A DNA stretch of 64,000 nt from Christensenellaceae bacterium (GTDB taxonomy: Bacteria; Bacillota; Clostridia; Christensenellales; Borkfalkiaceae), in NCBI GenBank assembly GCA_948890655.1, contig CAQTYU010000006.1, positions 7,655 to 71,654 of the forward strand, given 5' to 3'. The notes beneath the pieces were generated by a model, which was given only the letters and a program-made list of their open reading frames with translations, ran no database searches and had not been told where the DNA came from. This document shows positions 54,687 through 63,999 of the stretch, one piece after another. Made by a program: the position numbers and the translations under genes. How positions within the stretch are numbered: the stretch's first letter is position 1; each line of letters opens with the position of its first letter.

Positions 54687-54707
54687 AGCACCGCGGCGGT
54701 GCTTTTA
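54687..54707 (+). terminator. second short hairpin plus T-run
   Basis: AGCACCG pairs with CGGTGCT, followed by TTTT. Confidence 0.4.
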
Positions 54708-54811
54708 TATTGCCCTCGATATGGCGTAAAACTACCGAAAAATACGCGAGGCGCCAAGCGACACGAACGCAAATTCGCCCACTCTAAAGGCGTAAAAGAA
54801 AGGAGTAGATT

Positions 54812-55300
54812 ATGGACAGAAAGACAATCAGAGCAATTCTCGCAGACGAAACGCTCGACGAGAGCGCAAAGGTGAGCAGACTTTTGCAAATGCACCACGA
54901 CGAGGTGGCAGACATCAAAAGCGGGCTCAAGACGGACGAGGACGTAAAGGCTGCCGTTGCGGAGGCGTTAAAGAACGCACCCAAGGCGGTAAAGGTAGAG
55001 GAAACCGAGGAATACAAAAAGCTGCTGCAAGAGCTTGACGACTACAAGTATAGAACGGAGCTCACGGCGCAACTCAAGGGCGCCAAGGTAAAAGATAAAT
55101 TCCTTGCCGACGTTATCGCCAAAATCAAACGCGACGAAAAGCTGGACGAACAGCTCCCGAAACTCCGCGAGGAATTCGGCGAGTATTTCGACGAGGGCTC
55201 GCCTCAACCGCAACCGCCGGCTCCCAAGCCCGTATTTAGCGGCGACCCGCAGCCCACACCCCCGGGTGCACAACCCAAACCTATACCGAAATTATTTTAA
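54812..55300 (+). CDS. capsid scaffolding protein (GP20/DUF4355-like)
   Basis: The 162-aa product is highly charged and helical with a Pro-rich tail. The gene lies immediately upstream of the major capsid gene. Confidence 0.75.
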   Translation: MDRKTIRAILADETLDESAKVSRLLQMHHDEVADIKSGLKTDEDVKAAVAEALKNAPKAVKVEETEEYKKLLQELDDYKYRTELTAQLKGAKVKDKFLADVIAKIKRDEKLDEQLPKLREEFGEYFDEGSPQPQPPAPKPVFSGDPQPTPPGAQPKPIPKLF

Positions 55301-55321
55301 TTAAAAAGGAGTAACAAAATT

Positions 55322-56440
55322 ATGGCAAGAATTGAAACTCTCGCTATTTTAGCGAGCAACACGGGCAACGACTACCTCGCAGAAAAGTACGGCGTGGTTA
55401 TCGACAACATCAGCAACGGCACGATTTCGTCCCAGCTCAAAAACAAGGATTTGAGCGGCGACCCCTCCACGGGCTCCGTTGAGGCAAAGCGTTTTTGCAA
55501 CAGCAAGGCAAACCCCTACGGCACCGCAAGAGCGGGCGGCAAGGGCGACAAGCTCAAAGCTAAACCCGTAACCGTTGCAATCGACACCAACGAGGAAATT
55601 ATCGAGGAGGTCGAGGAAAAAGACGTATCTTTGTACGGCGTCGAGGGGCTCGTTTCCCGCCGCGTGAGCAATCACGAAATGGTTATGAAAAAGAGCCTCG
55701 AAAAATCTTTCTTTGCGTGCGCTGCCGCGCACTGCGAGGTATTCACTACCAAAGAAACCGCTATCGAAAAAATCGTTGAGGCGGCAGTGCAGCAGGTCGA
55801 GAATATCAAAAACGAGTACGTGGACGGCGTGCCCCGCGAGTACATCTCGGTTACACTCAATACCACGGCTTACGGCGAACTCGCCGAATATTTCGACAAG
55901 GTGCAAAACCCCGGCGATTACAACACGGCGACCGGCAAGGTGCGCGTTTTCCATAACGTAAAATGCTACAGCAGCACCGACTTGCCCGCCGGCGTAAAGT
56001 TTATCGTTATGGTGGACGGCGCCGTCGCGCAGCCCGTAAAAGCGAACGTATGCAACGCTGCAAAAATTCCTTTCTCGGACGCTTACGGTTTCGGCGTTTT
56101 CTACTATCACGGCGAAAAATCGGTTATGCCCGACCTTACGCTCACTTACACCAACGGCGTGCTCAATGCAACGCTTAAGGCGGGCGCGGACGCAACCCAT
56201 ACCGCTGCGGTGGTTGATACTCTCAAAGGCGCAAAATACTACTACAAGGCGGGCGCTACCGTAACCGCTCCCGCGGTCGGCGAGGAATTCAAGGCAACTG
56301 GCTTTACCGCGTGGGACGGCGAGGAGGAGCTTGTTTGCGCGAGCGGCAACAAAATTGTGATTGTCGAGGTCGTGCAGGGGCTTAAAACCGAAACCGTCGC
56401 AAGAGTTACCGCCAAACTCGACGCAGTGGTCGGCGCTTAA
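55322..56440 (+). CDS. major capsid protein
   Basis: The 372-aa product has a strong RBS. The call rests on its position after the scaffold gene. Confidence 0.75.
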   Translation: MARIETLAILASNTGNDYLAEKYGVVIDNISNGTISSQLKNKDLSGDPSTGSVEAKRFCNSKANPYGTARAGGKGDKLKAKPVTVAIDTNEEIIEEVEEKDVSLYGVEGLVSRRVSNHEMVMKKSLEKSFFACAAAHCEVFTTKETAIEKIVEAAVQQVENIKNEYVDGVPREYISVTLNTTAYGELAEYFDKVQNPGDYNTATGKVRVFHNVKCYSSTDLPAGVKFIVMVDGAVAQPVKANVCNAAKIPFSDAYGFGVFYYHGEKSVMPDLTLTYTNGVLNATLKAGADATHTAAVVDTLKGAKYYYKAGATVTAPAVGEEFKATGFTAWDGEEELVCASGNKIVIVEVVQGLKTETVARVTAKLDAVVGA

Positions 56441-56832
56441 TGGCGTACATTGATTACAAGTATTACTCGGAGCAGTACGTGGGGGAGCCTCTCGACGAGG
56501 AGGCTTTCCCGCGCTATTTGCGGCGTGCGGAGGAGGTTATCGACAGTATAACTCGGTACGCCGTAAAGCAGAAAGGACTTGCGTCTTTTGACGATTTCGT
56601 ACAGGAACAAGTCAAGACCGCGACGGCTGCGCAAATCGAGTATTACGTTATCAATGGGCTTGAGGTCGCCACCGACGGAAAGCTGCCCGAAAGTTTTACG
56701 GTCGGCAAGGTGTCGGTTACAACCGGCGGCGGCAGTGCTGGAAATGGCGGACGCAGCAATGCGGTGGCGCCGAAAGTACGAGCGGCTCTCGAGCAGACCG
56801 GGCTACTTAATAGAGGGGTGGGCGTATGTTAA
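56440..56832 (+). CDS. head-tail connector (gp6-like) protein
   Basis: The 130-aa product has the N-terminal Y..Y......E.F...L..A pattern typical of phage head-tail connector proteins. The start overlaps the capsid stop (TAATG). Confidence 0.6.
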   Translation: MAYIDYKYYSEQYVGEPLDEEAFPRYLRRAEEVIDSITRYAVKQKGLASFDDFVQEQVKTATAAQIEYYVINGLEVATDGKLPESFTVGKVSVTTGGGSAGNGGRSNAVAPKVRAALEQTGLLNRGVGVC

Positions 56833-57191
56833 GACCTATCCCGCTGCGAATTCTTAAGACCGCGGCGGTGCTTACCGTGCCGCAACAGGTGGAAAGGTGG
56901 GGCGAGGTTACACCAAGCACGACAAACCTTTCTAAAACCCACTTGCAAGCCTCCAATGCGGTAAAAAGAACAAAGGACAGCCGCGAGGTCGTGCTGCGAG
57001 CAATCCTTTTTTATGACACAAAAAACAGCTTGCCGCGAGGCGTCGATTTTAACGCTTTGAAAACGCAAGCGGACGAGGCGGGCGGGTGTATGACCCTCAA
57101 TATAGAGGGGCTTACGTACACCGTTGAAACGGTGGAGCCTATCCCGGACGACTGCGGCGGTATTCACCATTACGAGCTCGGGCTTGTATAG
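56826..57191 (+). CDS. head closure / minor capsid family protein
   Basis: The 121-aa product ends in ..GGIHHYELGLV, as in the minor-capsid/head-tail adaptor family of Gram-positive siphophages. Confidence 0.55.
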   Translation: MLRPIPLRILKTAAVLTVPQQVERWGEVTPSTTNLSKTHLQASNAVKRTKDSREVVLRAILFYDTKNSLPRGVDFNALKTQADEAGGCMTLNIEGLTYTVETVEPIPDDCGGIHHYELGLV

Positions 57192-57200
57192 GAGGCGGTT

Positions 57201-57545
57201 ATGGCGGGCGTAAAAATTGACTTTGACGCAAAAGCAATTCGCGCAAGAGTGCAAAAAGGTATCGACAAATCAGTGGCTCCACTAATGGAGCAAGTGCTCA
57301 AAGATAGCAATTACTATTGCCGACAAGACCAAGGCACGCTAATAGCGAGCAGTCAAACAGCGAGCCGCCCAGCCGACGGCGTTTTAATATGGAATACTCC
57401 ATACGCTCGGCGCGTTTATTACGTGGGCGTCCCCAGTAAAGACGTAAACAAAAACGCGGAGCTTATGTGGTTTCACAAAGCGCAAAGCGTACACGGCAAC
57501 GAGTGGGCAGCGCTCGCACAAAAGACTATCAAAAAGGAGGTGTAA
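57201..57545 (+). CDS. tail-completion / minor capsid family protein
   Basis: The call for this 114-aa product rests on position and size. PYARR.YY is typical of this family. Confidence 0.5.
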   Translation: MAGVKIDFDAKAIRARVQKGIDKSVAPLMEQVLKDSNYYCRQDQGTLIASSQTASRPADGVLIWNTPYARRVYYVGVPSKDVNKNAELMWFHKAQSVHGNEWAALAQKTIKKEV

Positions 57546-57548
57546 ACG

Positions 57549-57947
57549 GTGGACTGGATACTGGACGCAATTATCGACGAAATCGAAAAAAACCTCAAAC
57601 TCTACAGCAGCGTAAAAGTGGGCTCGCTCCCGCAGCGCAGCGGTATAGCTATGTATATCGGGGCGGGCTCGCCGCAATCCAAGTATATGGATAAAGCGAC
57701 GCTCAATACGCTATACGCAACAGTAAACGCAAAACACAAAGACCAAAGGCAAGCCGCCGCAGCACTTGAAAAAATACACTCACACCTTAATGGCTTAAGT
57801 GTTTATCCGAGTGGGGAGCGCGACGGGAAAAGCTGGCAGATTACCGACATTTCCACGTCGTCCGCGCCTAACTTTATAGGACAAGAGGGCGACGGGCAGC
57901 ACCTTTACGGCTCGATTTTGCAAATCAAATTTTATTATGGAGGCTAA
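57549..57947 (+). CDS. tail terminator-like protein
   Basis: The 132-aa product has a GTG start after AGGAGGTG. The call is positional. Confidence 0.45.
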   Translation: MDWILDAIIDEIEKNLKLYSSVKVGSLPQRSGIAMYIGAGSPQSKYMDKATLNTLYATVNAKHKDQRQAAAALEKIHSHLNGLSVYPSGERDGKSWQITDISTSSAPNFIGQEGDGQHLYGSILQIKFYYGG

Positions 57948-57951
57948 TACA

Positions 57952-58413
57952 GTGAACAAATTTTTAACTATGTACGGCGTAAGCGCGGAAATCGACACCG
58001 CGGAAAGCGGCGCAACAACGGAAAACTGGGCAGCGCTCGGCGAGGGTATCGAAAACCTCGCGGAGGCTCTCAACGAGGTAGTGTATTCCGGTTTCTACCT
58101 CCACAACGGAGGCTATGGCAATTCGGAGGTTACGGGTATGCAGCCCGTCGTAACTATGAGCGGTAAGCGTATCGTCGGCGACGCGGCACAGGATTACCTT
58201 TTCAATCCCGACCGTAAATACGGGCTCGGTGAAAAACGCAAATCCAAGCTCAAGCTCACGACCGCAAGCAAAGACGGCGACGTGGTTATTACGTGCCCCG
58301 TTACTATTGCAAACATACAGGAACTTTCCGGCAACACGCAAGACGGCTCGGCAATTTCGTTTGAGCTCCGTTTTAACGGCAAGCCGGAAATCACCACAGG
58401 CAGCAAAGAATAA
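57952..58413 (+). CDS. major tail (tube) protein
   Basis: The ORF is open from ATG 57937. GTG 57952 lies 8 nt after GGAGG. The ~153-aa product is encoded upstream of the chaperone and tape-measure genes. Confidence 0.65.
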   Translation: MNKFLTMYGVSAEIDTAESGATTENWAALGEGIENLAEALNEVVYSGFYLHNGGYGNSEVTGMQPVVTMSGKRIVGDAAQDYLFNPDRKYGLGEKRKSKLKLTTASKDGDVVITCPVTIANIQELSGNTQDGSAISFELRFNGKPEITTGSKE

Positions 58414-58482
58414 TCACAAATCAGAGCGTAAGAGGGGCGCGTCCCCTCTTATTGCTCAATTTTAATACGGAGGTTTTTTATT

Positions 58483-58884
58483 ATGTTTGAACTTAAACGC
58501 AGCGAGAAAATCGTTGAACAAATCAAGCTCGGCGACGAGATTATCGAGGTAAACCTTGACGCCGGGGCAATACAGACACGTTTTACGAAAGGGTATAACG
58601 AACTGCTCCGCGCGCAGAACGCGCTAAACGGCGCCACAAGCGACACGCTCGACGCGGTGAGCGATAAGCTGGAGCAATATGGCAACGCCGTTGTAGGCGT
58701 CTTGCAAGTCATTTTCGGCGAGGAAAATACGCAAAAAATCCTTGCTTTTTACGAAAACAATTACAGCGAGATGTTTACGCAGATTTACCCCTTTATCGCC
58801 GAGATAATAATCCCCAAGATTTCCGAGGCAAGCAAGCGCAAAGCCGAGGAACTCAAGGCGCTTTATAAGGGACGCAAGAAATGA
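58483..58884 (+). CDS. tail assembly chaperone
   Basis: The 133-aa product is encoded immediately upstream of the Gp15-like and tape-measure genes. Confidence 0.55.
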   Translation: MFELKRSEKIVEQIKLGDEIIEVNLDAGAIQTRFTKGYNELLRAQNALNGATSDTLDAVSDKLEQYGNAVVGVLQVIFGEENTQKILAFYENNYSEMFTQIYPFIAEIIIPKISEASKRKAEELKALYKGRKK

Positions 58885-59519
58885 AAATAACCTTACACTT
58901 TCCGCTCCCTTATGCGGTGGTGTACGGTGGTAAAACTTACAAATTAAAGCCTTATTTTGACAATGTGCTCAAAGTCTTTGCTTTGCAAAAAGAGCAAGAC
59001 CTATCAGAGCGCGACCGGCTCGAGGTGAGCCTCGACCTACTTGTAAAAAGTAAGCACTCCAAGCTATCGGAAAGAGATAAAACCGGACTGCTCAATGCTA
59101 TTTACGACGTCCTTATGGACGAGGAAAAGAGAGAGCCCGACGGTACAGCCCCCATATTTGACTTTGTGCAAGACGCTGGATATATCTATGCGTCTTTTTT
59201 GTCGGATTACGGGCTTGACCTTTACGAGCAGCAGGGGCGTTTACACTGGTGGGCGTTTATTCAGCTATTCCGGGGATTGTCGGAGGGGGCAAAAATCGTC
59301 CAAGTTATGCAAATACGAGCAAAGCCTATTCCGGCGCCGACAAAGTACAACGCAGAGGAACGCAAGCAGCTTGCCCGGCTCAAAGCGCAGTATGCGCTTA
59401 AGACGACACAAGAGGAACGCGAGCGCAATTTTGCGGCTGGACTTAAACGGCTGGCTGGGCTTATGCGCGGAATAGCAGAAAACGAGGAGGTGAGCAGACG
59501 GTGGCAGACGGAAAGGTAA
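58881..59519 (+). CDS. Gp15-family phage protein (second tail chaperone-like)
   Basis: The pattern FDFVQDAGYIYASFLSDYGLDLYEQQGRLHWWAFIQLFRGL is typical of the bacteriophage Gp15 family. Confidence 0.7.
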   Translation: MKITLHFPLPYAVVYGGKTYKLKPYFDNVLKVFALQKEQDLSERDRLEVSLDLLVKSKHSKLSERDKTGLLNAIYDVLMDEEKREPDGTAPIFDFVQDAGYIYASFLSDYGLDLYEQQGRLHWWAFIQLFRGLSEGAKIVQVMQIRAKPIPAPTKYNAEERKQLARLKAQYALKTTQEERERNFAAGLKRLAGLMRGIAENEEVSRRWQTER

Positions 59520-62071
59520 CAGTTATATATGACGGCGACACCTCGGGGATTGACAAAGCAAACTCGGAGGCGCAAAGCAAGGTAAGCTCTTGCGGCAGTA
59601 AGCTGGGCAGTATTGCCAAAGGCGCAGCGGTAGCAATAGGCGCCGCTTTCGTGGCTGCCGGCGCTGCGGCTTTCAAATTCGGCACCGACTTTGAAAGTGC
59701 GGTCGCCAAGGCGTCAACGCTTTTCGGCGACGTCGAGGTGGACGTGGAGGGCTTGCAAAGTAAATTGCTCGACCTTTCAGACGCCAGCGGCATAGCAGCA
59801 GCCGACCTCGGCAATACGCTTTACAATGCGCTTTCTGCCGGTATTCCCGTTACGGAGGATATGGGCAGCGCGCTTGCGTTTCTTGAGGCAAATACGCGGC
59901 TTGCAAAGGCTGGTTTTACCGACGTGGACACCGCCGTAACTACTACGGCAAAAATACTCAACGCCTACAAAATGGACGTGAGCGAAACCGAGAAAATCCA
60001 CAAGATACTAATGCAGACCCAAAACAAGGGTATTGTTACGGTGGGCGAGCTCGGCAGCGTTTTAGCTCAAGTTACCCCTACGGCTGCGGCTTTCGGGGTA
60101 TCGTTCGACCAAGTGGGCGCTGCAATCGCAAATATGACGGCGCAAGGCACGCCAGCCGCACAAGCAACGACGCAGCTCAACTCGCTTTTTGCAGAACTGG
60201 GCAAGAACGGAACAACGGCGGCAAACAGCCTTGCGGCTGCAACCGAGGGCACCGAGTACGCGGGCAAGTCATTTCAGCAGCTTGCAGCGGAGGGCGTACC
60301 TCTCAACAAAATACTTGATTTAATCGGCGACTATGCGGAGCAAAGCGGGCTCTCAATGCTCGATATGTTCAGCTCAATAGAGGCGGGCAAGGCAGCACTG
60401 GCGAACGCTGGGCAAAATTCCCAAGCCTTTGCAGACGCGCTCGCAGCTATGGGCACCGAGGCGGACGTTGTGGGCGACGCTTTCGACAAGGTAAGCGACA
60501 CGACGGCAGAGAAATTCGCAAAGATACTCAACGAGCTTAAAAATGCGGCTATAGAGCTGTTTATCGAGCTGGCGCCAATAGTGCAGCAGCTCCTCCCGGT
60601 GCTTAAAGATGTGCTCGGTAAGCTCGTGCCGGTGCTTTCCAATATAGTGCAAAAATTCTTGCCTATACTCGTAAATTTGATTGATAAACTACTGCCGCCT
60701 ATTCTCAAGCTGGTTGATAAGCTGCTGCCGGTGCTTTCAAATCTTTTCGAGGGCGTGGCGGAGGCTATAGGGGAAATAATCGACCAAGTTTTACCGGTGC
60801 TTATAGACCTATTCGACGAGCTGGAGCCTATTTTTGACGAGTTTTGCGGCGAGCTTTTGCCCGTCATAGTGGACTTGTGGAAACAGCTTGCGCCGCCGAT
60901 ATTGCAGCTTGCAAAAAGTATCTTTCCGCTTTTGGTGGAAATCTTGCGCACGCTGCTGCCGATTGTATCAAAGTTAATTCAAGACGTCCTCCCCGTGCTG
61001 GTGAAATTATTTGAAAAAATAATCCCAGTAGTGGGCGAGATTGTGCAAAAAATATTCCCGGTGCTGGTTGAGCTGCTGGAGGCGCTTTTGCCGCTTTTCT
61101 TTCAGCTAATCGACGCGGTGCTGCCTTTTGTGGTGCAGCTGTTTGACGCGCTTATCCCCGTGCTGCTTGAGATTGTGGACGCACTCCTCCCGGTGCTTGT
61201 GGCACTTATCGACGCGCTGCTGCCTATCCTTACAACGCTTATAGAATTGCTCAAGCCGATACTCGACTTATTTATCGCACTGCTTGAGCCGATACTTGAG
61301 CTTTTGATGTCAGCGCTCACGCCGCTGCTGGAATTGTTTACCGCAATTTTACAGCCGATACTTGACCTTATAATGCTGGCGCTCACGCCGCTGCTGGAAC
61401 TTATCCAGCCGATTATCGACATTATTATGGCGCTTATGGATACGGCACTGCGTCCGCTTATGGACGTATTTAGTAACGTGTTTGGCGTCATTGTGGACAC
61501 GGTAATGGTGGCTATCGGCTCCGTTACGGATATACTCGGCGGCATAATGGACTTTGTAAAAAACGTCTTTGCCGGAAACTGGAGCGGCGCGTGGGAAAGT
61601 ATAAAAAACGTCTTTTCAAATATATGGGAGGGTATAAAGAACGTCGGAAAATCGGCGCTCAACGGGCTTATTTCGATATTTGAAACTGGCTTAAACGGCA
61701 TAATCGGGTTTATCAACGGCATAACGCAAGGCGTATCAAAAATATGGGACTGGACGGGCATACCGAGCATACCGAAAATACCCGAGGTTAAAATCCCCCG
61801 CTTAAAGGTCGGCGCGGATTTCATACCGCAAGACTTTTTCCCGGCTTACCTTGATTACGGCGAGCGAGTGCTTACCGCAGAGGAAAATATCAAATTTAAT
61901 CAGCTGGGAGGGCTCGAGGGTATGGAGCGAGCGCTCGGCGGCACTGCGATTGCGAGAGCAGACAACGGCGGCGATATGCACGTGGTGGTGCAGGGCGACG
62001 TCGAAATGGACGGTTTCAAGGTCGGCACCGTCGTTATGCGCAACATTGACGACGTTAAAAAATTTACCTAA
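59501..62071 (+). CDS. tail tape measure protein
   Basis: The 856-aa product has a TP901-type core (..AADLGNTLYNALSAGIP...) and a long Leu/Pro periodic helical region. Confidence 0.9.
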   Translation: MADGKVTVIYDGDTSGIDKANSEAQSKVSSCGSKLGSIAKGAAVAIGAAFVAAGAAAFKFGTDFESAVAKASTLFGDVEVDVEGLQSKLLDLSDASGIAAADLGNTLYNALSAGIPVTEDMGSALAFLEANTRLAKAGFTDVDTAVTTTAKILNAYKMDVSETEKIHKILMQTQNKGIVTVGELGSVLAQVTPTAAAFGVSFDQVGAAIANMTAQGTPAAQATTQLNSLFAELGKNGTTAANSLAAATEGTEYAGKSFQQLAAEGVPLNKILDLIGDYAEQSGLSMLDMFSSIEAGKAALANAGQNSQAFADALAAMGTEADVVGDAFDKVSDTTAEKFAKILNELKNAAIELFIELAPIVQQLLPVLKDVLGKLVPVLSNIVQKFLPILVNLIDKLLPPILKLVDKLLPVLSNLFEGVAEAIGEIIDQVLPVLIDLFDELEPIFDEFCGELLPVIVDLWKQLAPPILQLAKSIFPLLVEILRTLLPIVSKLIQDVLPVLVKLFEKIIPVVGEIVQKIFPVLVELLEALLPLFFQLIDAVLPFVVQLFDALIPVLLEIVDALLPVLVALIDALLPILTTLIELLKPILDLFIALLEPILELLMSALTPLLELFTAILQPILDLIMLALTPLLELIQPIIDIIMALMDTALRPLMDVFSNVFGVIVDTVMVAIGSVTDILGGIMDFVKNVFAGNWSGAWESIKNVFSNIWEGIKNVGKSALNGLISIFETGLNGIIGFINGITQGVSKIWDWTGIPSIPKIPEVKIPRLKVGADFIPQDFFPAYLDYGERVLTAEENIKFNQLGGLEGMERALGGTAIARADNGGDMHVVVQGDVEMDGFKVGTVVMRNIDDVKKFT
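60585..61470 (+). repeat. 33-nt (11-aa) periodic coding repeats in the tape measure gene
   Basis: There are about 25 iterations of LLP(V/I)L..L...-type units. An exact 21-nt duplicate GCGCTCACGCCGCTGCTGGAA occurs at 61313 and 61379, 66 nt apart. Confidence 0.8.
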
Positions 62072-62085
62072 AAGGAGGTGATAGC

Positions 62086-63999
62086 GTGATAATGGCTTAT
62101 ATCGGCGGCGTAGCTTACAAGCTCGCCGCAGATTATACTATTTCAGAACAAGCCGCAAACAAAATCGCCTCCAATATCTCGGTGATACTTGACGCTGGGC
62201 AACCTATACCGCAAAGCGGCGAAATAATCGAGATACGCGACGACGACGTGGGCGAGGTGTACTTTTTAGGCGTATGCGGGATACCAAAAAGCCCGAAATA
62301 CTCCAGCCCTTACGACGTCAAAACTTATTCTATTACGTGCAGCAACGCAAACGGCATACTTGCCCGGCGCGTGGTAAACGTCGCTTATCAGGGCAATACG
62401 GTTTCGCAAATCGTCAAGGGACTTTTTGACGAGTATATCTCAAAAGAGGGCTTTACGCTGGGGGCTATCAGCGACGTGCCTATCAAGATAAATATATACA
62501 CGGCGGCGGATTACGGTTTACAGTATTGCCTCGACGAGCTGGCGGAGTATGTGAGCGGCGCGTGGTATTGCACCAATGACCGCAAATTTTACTTTATAGC
62601 CGAGGAGGATTTCGAGCCTTTCCCGCACACGATTGACAAGGATTTTTTGCCGATTACTGCGCTGGAAATAAAAGTAAAGGATACGGACTTGCGAACGTCG
62701 CAAACGATTTCGGGCGGGCGTTCGGAAACAGCAGAGCAGCAAGAGGAATTCACCTATAACGGCGAGGATAACAACTTTACGTTGTCCTTTTCGTTGTCGA
62801 AAAAGCCAGCTATAAGCATAAACGGCACCGACATATCGCCCGACCGTATCGGCGTAAAAGGCTTAAACGATACGGAAAGCAGCTATATGTTTTTATTTGC
62901 GTTTGATAGCGCGGTGCTCTCGTACAATACGCTATACGCTGGTACGAGCCCGCCGCCGCTGGCGGTCGGTGATGTGCTGCAAGTGCGGTATGTGGGCTTT
63001 TATCCTATCCGTACGGTGGTGCAAAATGCCGGAGCTATTGCCGACATAGCCGCAAGGACTGGCACAAGCGGAATAATCGACAATGTAAAAATTGATAAAA
63101 CCGTCCGCGACCTTGACGACGCGGTGCGGCTCGGCAATGCGCTACTGGAAAACTACGGGGCGACGCGCACGGAAATAAGCGGCTGGTTTAGCGTTTTAGA
63201 GGCTCAAAAAATGGGGCTCAATTTTAACGACTTTGCACTGCTGCGGCGCTGGCGATTTAATTTGCCGGAGTACGGCGCGGTCGGGGATTTCGTCTTGACG
63301 GAGCGAACGCTTACGCCGTTTATAAAGGGCGGCGGAGTGGAAAATCTTAAAATCACGCTTAAGCTGGTTGATAGAGCATATTTGCGCAGTTATGGGCAGA
63401 TATTTGACGAGTTAAGCAAAGCGACCTCGCAGCTTTCCATACGTGAGGACGACGTGGTTATCGACGTTAAGGTAACAACCGAGGAGCGAGTGCTCGCAGA
63501 GGATACCAAAACAAATGGCGACAAACTCGACACAGAGCCCGGCGAAACGGCAGACTTGACGGAGCAGCAGCGCGTCGGTGATTTTACGGATTTTATGCCT
63601 TTATGGTGTACTACGGACGCCAGCGGCGTGCTTATGTGCCCGGCGGGAATAAGTCTTGAAATGATAAGCGAGCAGCACTTTACCGAAACGCAACGCTTGA
63701 CTGGCGAAATCGCCGAGATAAGCGAGGAGCTGGGGACGTTTGAGGGTGCCGTCGATACGGAGCCCGTGGAAACAGTTACAACGAGAGAGGAAAGCGAAAT
63801 AACCGAGGGCTCGATTGACACCGAGCCGGAGGAAACCGCAGAACTGCTCGAGAGTACAACCGAAACCGAGGGCAAAAATGACGCGGCACCGGAGGAAAAG
63901 GCGGAGCTCAAAGAAAGTCAGACCGTGGAGGAAAATACGGGCTTTATGGTGCTATTTTGTACCAGTGAGGCACAATTCCAAGCCGACGGGCAAATCGCA
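62086..63999 (+). CDS. distal tail (Dit)-like protein with extended acidic C-terminal region, partial (runs off the window)
   Basis: GGAGG at 62074 precedes GTG 62086 and ATG 62092. I found no stop in this frame to the window end, giving at least 638 codons. It is absent from the ORF track, presumably because it has no stop in the window. Confidence 0.7.
   Translation, partial: MIMAYIGGVAYKLAADYTISEQAANKIASNISVILDAGQPIPQSGEIIEIRDDDVGEVYFLGVCGIPKSPKYSSPYDVKTYSITCSNANGILARRVVNVAYQGNTVSQIVKGLFDEYISKEGFTLGAISDVPIKINIYTAADYGLQYCLDELAEYVSGAWYCTNDRKFYFIAEEDFEPFPHTIDKDFLPITALEIKVKDTDLRTSQTISGGRSETAEQQEEFTYNGEDNNFTLSFSLSKKPAISINGTDISPDRIGVKGLNDTESSYMFLFAFDSAVLSYNTLYAGTSPPPLAVGDVLQVRYVGFYPIRTVVQNAGAIADIAARTGTSGIIDNVKIDKTVRDLDDAVRLGNALLENYGATRTEISGWFSVLEAQKMGLNFNDFALLRRWRFNLPEYGAVGDFVLTERTLTPFIKGGGVENLKITLKLVDRAYLRSYGQIFDELSKATSQLSIREDDVVIDVKVTTEERVLAEDTKTNGDKLDTEPGETADLTEQQRVGDFTDFMPLWCTTDASGVLMCPAGISLEMISEQHFTETQRLTGEIAEISEELGTFEGAVDTEPVETVTTREESEITEGSIDTEPEETAELLESTTETEGKNDAAPEEKAELKESQTVEENTGFMVLFCTSEAQFQADGQIA

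Noticed and set aside
58483-59519. A programmed -1 frameshift joining the two tail-chaperone ORFs, as in the gpG/gpGT paradigm.
   Set aside because: The two ORFs are joined by an ordinary ATGA stop/start overlap. I saw no XXXYYYZ slippery heptamer near the end of the first ORF. The second ORF is a full Gp15-family protein with its own start.
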